From positions 1 through 46,168 of the forward strand of contig CAYHOI010000003.1 in the NCBI GenBank assembly GCA_964358175.1: a DNA stretch of 46,168 nt, given 5' to 3'. Below are positions 1 to 7,724 of this stretch, in pieces. Origin of the DNA: an uncultured Candidatus Marinamargulisbacteria bacterium (GTDB lineage: Bacteria > Margulisbacteria > Riflemargulisbacteria > GWF2-35-9). The notes below the pieces were generated by a model. It did not search any database. It saw only the letters and a list, made by a program, of their open reading frames with translations, and was not told the origin of the DNA. Both the position numbers and the translations under genes were made by a program. The stretch's first letter is position 1, and every line of letters begins with the position of its first letter.

Positions 1-45
1 CTACGGATCATGAGGTCGGGGGTTCGAGTCCCTCCAGGCGCACCA
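1..45 (+). tRNA. tRNA-Arg(ACG), 5'-truncated by window edge
   Basis: Anticodon loop CT-ACG-GA at 1-7, T-arm GGGGG-TTCGAGT-CCCTC, encoded CCA end at 43-45. Confidence 0.88.
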
Positions 46-87
46 GCTCTCCGTGGATCCCTCCTGTTTTGCCTTTTCTTTTCTCCG

Positions 88-116
88 TTGTTCAGCTTTC
101 AGCTTCCTGATATAAT
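88..116 (+). promoter_or_regulatory. sigma70-type promoter for rpsP operon
   Basis: TTGTTC-17 bp-TATAAT with extended TG; strong GGAGGTGA RBS at 139-146. Confidence 0.65.
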
Positions 117-150
117 ACCGCTCTCAGACATATACCAAGGAGGTGAAGAG

Positions 151-462
151 ATGGCAGTAAAAATAAGACTACAACGAAGAGGGAAAAAAAAACAACCCGT
201 CTATCGTATCGTTGTTCAAGATTCTCGGGTTGCTCGCGATGGGAAGGTTATTGAAGTTATTGGAACCTATAACCCGCTGAAGGAGCCCACAGCAGTTTCT
301 GTTTTGGAAGACAAGGCAAAATCCTGGATTGCTAAAGGCGCATTGCCTTCCAAAACCGTCACACGGCTTCTCGTCAATGCAGGGGTTATTTCAGCTGTAG
401 TCAAAAAAGCTAAAGCGGTATCCAGCCCGACTAAAAAGGCAGAAGCTTCGGCAGGAGGATAG
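151..462 (+). CDS. rpsP: 30S ribosomal protein S16
   Basis: MAVKIRLQRRGKKKQPVYRIVVQDSR...DGKVIEVIGTYNP; true start ATG 151 after RBS. Confidence 0.97.
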   Translation: MAVKIRLQRRGKKKQPVYRIVVQDSRVARDGKVIEVIGTYNPLKEPTAVSVLEDKAKSWIAKGALPSKTVTRLLVNAGVISAVVKKAKAVSSPTKKAEASAGG

Positions 463-465
463 GTT

Positions 466-699
466 ATGAAGGAATTGGTTGAGTTACTTACAAAAGCATT
501 GGTCGATAACCCCGAGGAAGTTGAGATCAAAGAAACCTCAAGCGACAGCACTGTTGTGCTTGAAATCAAGGTGGGTGCTGACGATATCGGAAAGGTTATT
601 GGAAAAGAGGGTCGAATCGCAAATGCCCTGCGTACCGTTGTAAAAGCTGCTGCCGCTAAACAGGGTAAAAAAATTGCCCTTGAAATCATTACAAACTAA
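466..699 (+). CDS. khpA: KH-domain RNA-binding protein KhpA/YlqC
   Basis: MKELV...LVDNPEEV...DIGKVIGKEGRIANALRT; canonical position after rpsP. Confidence 0.93.
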   Translation: MKELVELLTKALVDNPEEVEIKETSSDSTVVLEIKVGADDIGKVIGKEGRIANALRTVVKAAAAKQGKKIALEIITN

Positions 700-711
700 A
701 AGGATATCATC

Positions 712-1140
712 ATGGCAAAATCAATCACACTTAAAAGAACCGTTACCATCAAAGCAATTGTAACAGACGATTTCAAAAACTATCTGGCCTATGAGCTTGA
801 AACTGCCATAAAAGACCTCGAGAATAAAATTAAGGAAATTGAAAAACAAGGACAACTTTTGATTGATTCTTTGAGCAAGGAAAATGCTCTTGATCAGGTG
901 AAGTCCATTGAACAACAATTAAGGCTTGAAAAGCAACAGCAACTCTCCGTTATTGCTGACCTACAAAATCGGATCCAAGAGGCAAAAACACTCCAGCCTA
1001 ATTCTGAATTTGTTCAGGGCACCATTGATGGATTTGTTGGCGTTAAACCAGGGGATAACCTTTACCAAAAACTCGGGGCACTCGAAATTATCGTTAAAGA
1101 TGGTATCGTCCAAGAAATAAAGGGTGACTCTGAAGAGTAA
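712..1140 (+). CDS. ylqD: YlqD family protein
   Basis: ITLKRTVTIKAIVT, coiled coil, QGTIDGFV...GDNL...EIIVKDGIV; synteny. Confidence 0.85.
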   Translation: MAKSITLKRTVTIKAIVTDDFKNYLAYELETAIKDLENKIKEIEKQGQLLIDSLSKENALDQVKSIEQQLRLEKQQQLSVIADLQNRIQEAKTLQPNSEFVQGTIDGFVGVKPGDNLYQKLGALEIIVKDGIVQEIKGDSEE

Positions 1141-1630
1141 TCTATTTCCTCTCGGCAAACTCATCAAACCCCATGGGCTACGAGGAGATATTACGCTTTT
1201 CCTAGATCGTTCTTGGTTTACGGGTCTTCTTTCACAATACCCCCAAGTGATCATCAACGATACTTCATACACCCTGATTTCCATTCGACGTCAGGCTCGA
1301 TTCTATGTGGTTCGCTTCTCCTCTGTTGATCAAGCCTCTGGAGCAGAAGATCTGCGGAACCATACTCTTTACTGTCCGCTTTCTCACCTGAAAGCCTACG
1401 CAAAAGAACACCAGATTTATCTTTCCAATCTTTGGATTGGCTTTTCCATCAAGGATAAAGAGGGTCGCGACTGCGGTACTGTTGAAGCCGTCATTCCAAC
1501 CGGCAGTAATGATGTTTTGGAGCTAAAGCTTGGCGATAAAGAGTTGTTGGTTCCTGTCACAGCAGAATATATCCTCTCCATTGATGAAAAGAACAAACAG
1601 CTCATTATAAAATATCCAGAAATGGTATAA
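1124..1630 (+). CDS. rimM: Ribosome maturation factor RimM
   Basis: GKLIKPHGLRG, TGSNDVL, ELLVP motifs; synteny. Confidence 0.93.
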   Translation: MTLKSNLFPLGKLIKPHGLRGDITLFLDRSWFTGLLSQYPQVIINDTSYTLISIRRQARFYVVRFSSVDQASGAEDLRNHTLYCPLSHLKAYAKEHQIYLSNLWIGFSIKDKEGRDCGTVEAVIPTGSNDVLELKLGDKELLVPVTAEYILSIDEKNKQLIIKYPEMV

Positions 1631-1695
1631 GTCGTTATCATGAATGTACCTTTACATCTGACTTGTCTTTTTGAAGGTTATTTCGTTCCAACTCC
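1631..1695 (+). mobile_element. MITE-like family B, internally deleted copy, flanked by TAA/TAA
   Basis: Both ends match the reverse complement of 32340-32497; lacks 93 bp of the internal part. Confidence 0.8.
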
Positions 1696-1698
1696 TAA

Positions 1699-2433
1699 AT
1701 GAAAATCGACATTGTCTCGCTTTTCCCGGAGGTCATCAGCCCCTACCTAGAAGAGAGCATTCTGTTCCGCGCCCAGCAAAATGGACAAACGGCTATCAAC
1801 GTCCACAATCTTCGTGACTTCACCAACAACAAGCATCGAAAAGTTGATGACACTCCCTTCGGTGGAAGTCCTGGTATGGTTATTCAAGTCGAGCCCGTTT
1901 CGAGAGCTCTTGAGGTGCTTAGAACTCCCTCTTCAAAAGTTATTCTCTTCTCCCCTAAGGGCTCAGCCCTCACCATGCCACTTCTGCACCAGTTGCTTTT
2001 ATGCGACCATCTCATTCTGCTTGCAGGTCATTATGAGGGATTTGATCATCGAGTAGAATCTTACGTTGACCAACTTATTTCTATTGGCGATTTTGTGGTT
2101 ACTGGAGGCGAATTGCCAGCATTGATTCTCACCGATGCACTTGTGAGATTGGTTCCAAACGTACTCGGAAATGAAATTTCATTTCAAGAAGATTCCTTTT
2201 ATAAGGGACTTTTGGACTGGGATAGCTTTACACGACCTCAAAACTTTGATATATTGGGTGTCCCGGCGGTGCTCACTTGTGGGAACCATAAGGAGATTTT
2301 GGCATGGAAAAAACGCAATGCCTTAATCAACACGTTTCGATACAGGCCTGATTTGTTAGCAACCTGTTCGTTAAGTGATGGCGAAAAAACACTATTATCG
2401 TCTTATTTTTTAGAGGAGGAAATAAATGAGTAA
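1699..2433 (+). CDS. trmD: tRNA (guanine-N1)-methyltransferase
   Basis: VDDTPFGGSPGMV, GHYEGFDHR, SIGDFVVTGGE. Confidence 0.97.
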   Translation: MKIDIVSLFPEVISPYLEESILFRAQQNGQTAINVHNLRDFTNNKHRKVDDTPFGGSPGMVIQVEPVSRALEVLRTPSSKVILFSPKGSALTMPLLHQLLLCDHLILLAGHYEGFDHRVESYVDQLISIGDFVVTGGELPALILTDALVRLVPNVLGNEISFQEDSFYKGLLDWDSFTRPQNFDILGVPAVLTCGNHKEILAWKKRNALINTFRYRPDLLATCSLSDGEKTLLSSYFLEEEINE

Positions 2434-2788
2434 ACTCATTCAGGAAATTGATCTTAGCCAGCTGAGAGCGGACACTCTTCCGACTTTTAACGTCGGGGAT
2501 TCTGTTAAGGTTTCTTTTAAAGTTGTGGAAGGCAAAAAGGAGCGCATTCAGCCTTTTGAGGGGGTTGTTACCCGCATTCAAAACGGAGGGGTTCAACGCA
2601 ACTTCACTGTTCGAAAGATCGTTGGAGGAGTCGGTGTCGAAAAAACATTTTTAGCACATTCTCCGCTTCTTACAGAGCTAAAGGTGCTCCGTGAAGGAAA
2701 AGTTCGTCGCGCTAAACTCTTCTATCTACGCGATACCTTGGGATCAAAAGCCAGTAAAATCAAAGCCAAAGATCCGCGATTTAACTAA
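2426..2788 (+). CDS. rplS: 50S ribosomal protein L19
   Basis: EGKKERIQPFEG, GVGVEKTF, GKVRRAKLFYLR. Confidence 0.97.
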   Translation: MSKLIQEIDLSQLRADTLPTFNVGDSVKVSFKVVEGKKERIQPFEGVVTRIQNGGVQRNFTVRKIVGGVGVEKTFLAHSPLLTELKVLREGKVRRAKLFYLRDTLGSKASKIKAKDPRFN

Positions 2789-2792
2789 AGCT

Positions 2793-3491
2793 ATGCTAAA
2801 GTTTCTCCGCTCTACCCTTGCCGTCATCGCGGCTATCGCGATAGCTTTATTTATTAAAGAATTTCTCTTTGAACTCCACCTGATTCCTTCTGGTTCAATG
2901 ATTCCCAACATCAATGTTGGGGATCGAATTATTGTTAATCGATTTTCTTTTGGAATACAAAACCCTCTTTATAACGCGAAAATGAAAAAAACCATCATGC
3001 TCGTTTTACCCAATCCCCTCTATAAAGCAAACCTTCCACTCTCTCGGAACAAATACATCCTTCGGTTTAACAACAAAACCATTCATCGTTTTGATGTTAT
3101 TGTTTTTTTCCCACCAGAAGTTCCAGTTCTGGGTAGTGAGTATTATTTTAACGGAGATCGCACCTCTCATGATCCCGTATACTTCCAGCCCCCTGGGCTC
3201 CTTGGGGAACGCTATGTGAAGCGTGCTATTGGCCTCCCAGGCGAGACACTGGAGCTTCGTAATGGTATAGTCTATATCAATAACCACAAACTCAAAGAAC
3301 CCCAAGTCAAAAATGACGATTATCTAGACTTTGGCCCTGTCCGTATCCCACCTAAGCATTATTTCTTTATGGGCGATAATCGTCCCCGCAGCAGTGACAG
3401 CCGTGTCTGGGGGGTTGTCCCCGAGGATCATATATTGGGGCGTGCACTTCTCGTCATCTGGCCACTTTCCTCCTTTAAGCTTATTCGGTAA
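2793..3491 (+). CDS. lepB: Signal peptidase I
   Basis: N-terminal TM, IPSGSMIP (Ser), YVKRAIGLPGE (Lys), MGDNR..SSDSR; start ATG 2793. Confidence 0.95.
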   Translation: MLKFLRSTLAVIAAIAIALFIKEFLFELHLIPSGSMIPNINVGDRIIVNRFSFGIQNPLYNAKMKKTIMLVLPNPLYKANLPLSRNKYILRFNNKTIHRFDVIVFFPPEVPVLGSEYYFNGDRTSHDPVYFQPPGLLGERYVKRAIGLPGETLELRNGIVYINNHKLKEPQVKNDDYLDFGPVRIPPKHYFFMGDNRPRSSDSRVWGVVPEDHILGRALLVIWPLSSFKLIR

Positions 3492-3682
3492 TGACTCAGC
3501 CAGACGTCTCAGAAAATAAAAAAACTCTTCGTAGCCTGTTAAAAACGCTCTCGCCAAAAATGAAGCTCTTGGGTCTACAAAAGAAGTCCGGCATCCCTCT
3601 CACGACGCCTCAGGAAACGGCACTTTTTCGCTATTTACGGGTTGTTCGGCTTGTTCGGGCCACCCGAGTCTTGCAGTCGTGA
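3491..3682 (+). CDS. Possible small basic hypothetical protein
   Basis: ATG overlaps lepB stop (TAATG); no recognisable motif; overlaps a convergent ORF by 52 nt. Confidence 0.3.
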   Translation: MTQPDVSENKKTLRSLLKTLSPKMKLLGLQKKSGIPLTTPQETALFRYLRVVRLVRATRVLQS

Positions 3683-3789
3683 TTCGCGCAATCGCTACAT
3701 GCATTTTTTGGGTTTCGAACCTGACGGATCAGCATCCAAACTGACCCTAGAATCAAAAGAGCTGCGACCAGAATATCTAATCCTGTCAT
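3631..3789 (-). CDS. FeoB-associated Cys-rich membrane protein (52 aa, not in ORF track)
   Basis: Manual translation MTGLDILVAALLILGSVWMLIRQVRNPKNACSDCANHDCKTRVARTSRTTRK; ATG overlaps feoB stop (TAATG). Confidence 0.85.
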   Translation of the reverse strand: MTGLDILVAALLILGSVWMLIRQVRNPKNACSDCANHDCKTRVARTSRTTRK

Positions 3790-5798
3790 TACCGTATTCC
3801 CAGCAGGGTTCCACCCTGAAAAATCAAAAATGAACTAAGCCAAGCCAAAACCAGCCCATAGGCCACTGCAAGCCATAACCATTTCCATTGACCCAGTTCA
3901 TGTTTATAAGCGATACCAACCACAACACAAGGCATGTACAGCAAAACAAATACCATGAATGAAAATGCCGATAACGGTGTAAAAAGCGTTGGTAAAATGA
4001 TTTGCATATCCCCGAGATTCCCCAGCGTACTCACAACCACCTCTTTGGCCACGACGCCGGTAATCAGGGCGGCTCCTGCCTGCCAAAAACCAAATCCAAG
4101 CGGAGCCAGCACCGGAGAAATAAATTGCCCAAGTTGACCTAGATAAGAGTAATGTTTATCCTCTACCCCCCAAGGAAAATGAAATAAAAACCAAATAAGA
4201 ACTGATGCAGCCATGATATAAGTGCCAGCCTTTACAACAAAATGTTTTGCTTTTTCCCAAGAATGAATCCATAGGTGTAGAAGCGTCGGTAGTCGATAAG
4301 GCGGAAGCTCCATAATGAAAAGTGGTTGTTCTTTTCTGAAAATTGTTTTACTCAGGATAACGCCCACGAACAAAGCAAGCACTAACCCCAGCATATAAAG
4401 AATCCAAATGACCGTTCCTGCATTACTCGGGAAAAAAAGCCCTGCAAAAACCCCATAAACAGGGAGTCTGGCACTACAGGATACCAGTGGAATCAATAAT
4501 GCCGTAAGACGCCTATCCCTCTCGCTTTCCAAAACCCTGGTTGCATAGACAGATGGAACATTACACCCAAACCCCATAATAAGCGGAATAAATGATTTTC
4601 CATGTAATCCGACCAGATGCATCACCTTGTCCATTATAAAGGCTGCTCTAGCCATATACCCACTCCCCTCGAGAAGCGTTATAAGCAACATCATAACAAA
4701 GATCACAGGAACAAATGCCAGCACTGCACCTGCCCCGCCAATCAAACCTTCCAAGAAGAGCGATTTAAGCCAAGGTGTCATTGAAATGGCTGTCAATAAA
4801 TGTTCCGCTGTTTGTGTAACCGTCCCTGATATAAAAGCATCTAGGACGTCTACCATTGGCATCGCAATTTTAAAGGTTGCCGTAAACATGCCCCACATCA
4901 CCACCGCAAAAATAGGCAATCCCCAGAAACCATTTAAGGCAAAACGATCCATCCATTCCGTAATGTCAAATGTGGATGCCAATTCAACGCGTTCAACAAC
5001 TTCCCGAGTAAGGCCTACCGCCTTCGCTGAACGCTCTTGCGCCAGAATATCTGCAAAGTTGTTCCCATGATACTTGACCAAGTGTAAGAGTTCAGGCTGT
5101 TGTTGTAAGGAGATCATCTCCTTTGCAAAACGAATTCCCACACGATCATCTCCCTCCAAAAGCTTTATCGCAAGCCAAGACAATGGCTCTTCATGCGGGT
5201 ATTTATCAATCGCCTTCTCAACAACTTGAATAGCATTTTCAAACTCATAGCTGTACCGAATTCTTTCCGGCATATATTGCAATGGATGCTGTCTGACCTC
5301 CAGCAAACAATCTTTTAGAAGATCTAGCCCCTCCTTTTTGGTGGACACGGTTTGGATAATGGGATAGCCCAAAATCCGCTGAAGTTCTGGCAAATTAAAC
5401 CGAATCCCTTTCTGTCTAGCTTCATCCATCATATTCAATACAAGCACCATTGGAAGCCCAAATTCCATTAACTGAAAAGTCAGCGATAGATTTCGCTCCA
5501 AATGGGTCGCATCCACAATATTTACAATAATTTCAGGACGTTTCTGAAGCAGAAAATCACGCGTCACCGTCTCTTCCGGCGTAAAGGTATTCAAAGAATA
5601 TATTCCAGGCAAATCAACCAAATCAATTTCTTCCGATAGATGACGGATTCTTGCCTCATGAACATCGACGGTTACACCAGGCCAATTACCAACCCTCAGT
5701 TTGGTTCCTGCCAACGCATTCACCAAGGTTGTCTTCCCTGTATTGGGACTTCCTACAATTGCAACCTTGATCGGCTTTTTAGTCTGGTGTTTTGACAT
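3789..5798 (-). CDS. feoB: Ferrous iron transporter B
   Basis: GSPNTGKTT, VGNWPGVTV, DLPG, NMMD; multi-TM domain with GFGCNVP and ELPPY; likely start ATG 5798. Confidence 0.97.
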   Translation of the reverse strand: MSKHQTKKPIKVAIVGSPNTGKTTLVNALAGTKLRVGNWPGVTVDVHEARIRHLSEEIDLVDLPGIYSLNTFTPEETVTRDFLLQKRPEIIVNIVDATHLERNLSLTFQLMEFGLPMVLVLNMMDEARQKGIRFNLPELQRILGYPIIQTVSTKKEGLDLLKDCLLEVRQHPLQYMPERIRYSYEFENAIQVVEKAIDKYPHEEPLSWLAIKLLEGDDRVGIRFAKEMISLQQQPELLHLVKYHGNNFADILAQERSAKAVGLTREVVERVELASTFDITEWMDRFALNGFWGLPIFAVVMWGMFTATFKIAMPMVDVLDAFISGTVTQTAEHLLTAISMTPWLKSLFLEGLIGGAGAVLAFVPVIFVMMLLITLLEGSGYMARAAFIMDKVMHLVGLHGKSFIPLIMGFGCNVPSVYATRVLESERDRRLTALLIPLVSCSARLPVYGVFAGLFFPSNAGTVIWILYMLGLVLALFVGVILSKTIFRKEQPLFIMELPPYRLPTLLHLWIHSWEKAKHFVVKAGTYIMAASVLIWFLFHFPWGVEDKHYSYLGQLGQFISPVLAPLGFGFWQAGAALITGVVAKEVVVSTLGNLGDMQIILPTLFTPLSAFSFMVFVLLYMPCVVVGIAYKHELGQWKWLWLAVAYGLVLAWLSSFLIFQGGTLLGIR

Positions 5799-5799
5799 C

Positions 5800-6030
5800 T
5801 CACAAATCCACAACAAAAATATATCGAGCCATATCGCGACCTATGGCAAGCTTTGTTTCAGAAGTAACAATGACCAAGGGTGAAAACAAAGGCTTCTTGA
5901 GTAGTTCCAGCTCATTTCCAACCAAAATGCCCATACTTTTGAGTTTATTGCGAACCTGAATGGATCCTCCCAATTCAGTAATCCTCACACGTTGATGTTC
6001 TGGAACTTTAACAAGAGATCGTTGATTCAT
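5800..6030 (-). CDS. feoA: Ferrous iron transport protein A
   Basis: KLKSMGILVG...PL...LAIGRDMA; directly upstream of feoB. Confidence 0.92.
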   Translation of the reverse strand: MNQRSLVKVPEHQRVRITELGGSIQVRNKLKSMGILVGNELELLKKPLFSPLVIVTSETKLAIGRDMARYIFVVDL

Positions 6031-6048
6031 TACCTTGCTTAGTATACC

Positions 6049-6061
6049 GCGAATTATTCGC
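6049..6061. promoter_or_regulatory. 6-1-6 palindrome in feoA promoter, candidate Fur-family operator
   Basis: GCGAAT-T-ATTCGC just upstream of the minus-strand -10 TATACT (6041-6046). Confidence 0.4.
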
Positions 6062-6108
6062 TTTAAACCAGTGTCGATCCGCCAAAATAAAAGAGCTACC
6101 CGGAGACA

Positions 6109-6136
6109 TTGACGAACGCTAATATTTTGGCATAAT
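6109..6136 (+). promoter_or_regulatory. sigma70-type promoter for the Lys/Ala microprotein
   Basis: TTGACG-16 bp-CATAAT with extended TG; AAGGAGG RBS at 6159-6165. Confidence 0.65.
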
Positions 6137-6170
6137 AGAATTGTTTTTAAATTTTTTTAAGGAGGAACAT

Positions 6171-6248
6171 ATGGCAGAAAAAGCAAAGAAGGCAGCACCT
6201 AAGAAAGCAGCAGCACCTAAAAAGGCGGCAGCAAAGAAGAAAAAGTAG
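6171..6248 (+). CDS. 25-aa Lys/Ala/Pro-rich histone H1-like microprotein (not in ORF track)
   Basis: MAEKAKKAAPKKAAAPKKAAAKKKK with strong RBS, promoter and downstream hairpin. Confidence 0.8.
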   Translation: MAEKAKKAAPKKAAAPKKAAAKKKK

Positions 6249-6261
6249 CTTTCGAATCTCG

Positions 6262-6293
6262 CTCCTGCTCGGTGCGGTTGCACCGAGCAGGAG
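6262..6293 (+). terminator. Perfect 14-bp GC-rich hairpin (terminator or 3' stabiliser)
   Basis: CTCCTGCTCGGTGC-GGTT-GCACCGAGCAGGAG, 13 nt after the stop; no U-tract. Confidence 0.6.
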
Positions 6294-6329
6294 AAATAGC
6301 GATAGAAAAGGCCTCCCCTGATTCCATTA

Positions 6330-6504
6330 TATACTTCGACCGAATTGGTTTTCGGTTTTTCCAAAACCTGAAAACCAATAGCACTTCGACAAGCTCAGTG
6401 ACCGCTCAGTATAACTAAGACTAGTTCGACAGGTGTCACGGTGAGCGAGTCGAACCGCTCACTACAAGAAAAATTGATCCGAAAATCAATTAAGTCTTAG
6501 TATA
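6330..6504 (+). mobile_element. MITE-like family A, copy 1 (175 bp, two REP-like inserts)
   Basis: TATACTTCGAC...GTCTTAGTATA termini; aligns with 34279-34383 (reverse complement) and 37867-37994. Confidence 0.85.
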
Positions 6505-6632
6505 CTTAATCTGACTCAATATTCTATGACACAACCAAATAATTCGATGCATATTTCGTCGAATAAATGACGATATTAATAAATGCAATGGTTCCTTAAT
6601 AATGCAAATGAGGGGGGGGGTTCATGCTAGCC

Positions 6633-7724
6633 TTACGGATTAAATTTAAACTCCACGACATCGCCATCTTTCATCACATAGTCTTTGCCCTCAAGACGCA
6701 ACACTCCCTGCTCTCGCGCTTTCATATAGCTTCCTGCTTTAAGAAGCTCCTCACATCCAATGACTTCAGCCTTGATAAACCCTTTTTCAAAATCAGTGTG
6801 AATGATTCCTGCCGCTTGAGGTGCTTTTGTTCCCTTTTTGATCGTCCAGGCACGTGTCTCGGTTTCTCCTGATGTAAAGTAAGTTAAAAGCCCGAGCAAT
6901 TGATAGCTCGCCCGAGCAAGCTTTGCTAGCCCAGACTCCTCAAGCCCCAGTTCTCTCAAAAAATCAGCTGCTTCTTCCGTTGAAAGCTGGCTTATTTCTT
7001 CTTCCAAACGAGATGAGATCTCAATAACTTGTGTATTTTCAATATCTGCAATCGTTTTTACTGCCAAAATAAGAGGATTATCTTTCATCTTCCCCATATC
7101 ATTCTCGCTGATATTGGCCACATAAAGAACCGGTTTCTGGGTAATCAAATTAAGATCACGCACAGCCATATGTTCTTGCTCGCTCAATAACGCTGTCCTT
7201 GCCGGGTTACCGCAATCCAGTGCTTGTTTTATCTTTTCGTATGCTCCATTTTGCAAAACACTCTCTTTATCTTTCCCTCTCTTGGTTGAACTGATTCGTT
7301 TTTCCAGTGTGGATAAATCCGCTAAGATTAATTCAACATTAATGATCTCAATATCCTCTCGAGGATTCACCTGCCCATTTACATGAATAATACCACTGTC
7401 TTCAAAACACCTCACGACGTGTACAAGAGCCTTTACCTCCCGAATAGTTCCCAAAAACTGATTGCCAAGCCCCTCTCCTTTTGAGGCTCCCTTTACAAGA
7501 CCAGCAATGTCAACGAATTCAATAGCGGTTGGGATTGTTTTTTTGCTTTGTGAAAATTGAGTCAACTTTTCCAACCTGTCATCGGGAACACTGACAAGGC
7601 CAATATTAGGGTCGATTGTACAAAAAGGATAGTTACTGGCTTGTGCTGCGCATCGTGTAATAGCATTAAACAAGGTCGACTTCCCTACATTAGGAAGCCC
7701 AACTATTCCTAATGAAAAACCCAC
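6633..7724 (-). CDS. ychF: Ribosome-binding ATPase YchF
   Basis: GIVGLPNVGKST, NYPFCTIDPN, DIAGLVKGASKGEGLGNQFL, C-terminal TGS-like domain. Confidence 0.97.
   Translation of the reverse strand: MGFSLGIVGLPNVGKSTLFNAITRCAAQASNYPFCTIDPNIGLVSVPDDRLEKLTQFSQSKKTIPTAIEFVDIAGLVKGASKGEGLGNQFLGTIREVKALVHVVRCFEDSGIIHVNGQVNPREDIEIINVELILADLSTLEKRISSTKRGKDKESVLQNGAYEKIKQALDCGNPARTALLSEQEHMAVRDLNLITQKPVLYVANISENDMGKMKDNPLILAVKTIADIENTQVIEISSRLEEEISQLSTEEAADFLRELGLEESGLAKLARASYQLLGLLTYFTSGETETRAWTIKKGTKAPQAAGIIHTDFEKGFIKAEVIGCEELLKAGSYMKAREQGVLRLEGKDYVMKDGDVVEFKFNP

Noticed and set aside
10..150. N-terminal extension of rpsP in the ORF track
   Set aside because: Overlaps the tRNA and promoter; the RBS supports ATG 151
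6119..6364. 81-aa minus-strand ORF with FFAAAFLGAAAFLG repeats
   Set aside because: Antisense shadow of the Lys/Ala microprotein, which has the RBS and promoter
6330..6504. Repeats as a CRISPR array
   Set aside because: No regularly spaced direct repeats with unique spacers and no cas genes
6612..6620. Poly-G run downstream of ychF
   Set aside because: Intergenic between convergent genes with no evident promoter or CDS to phase-vary
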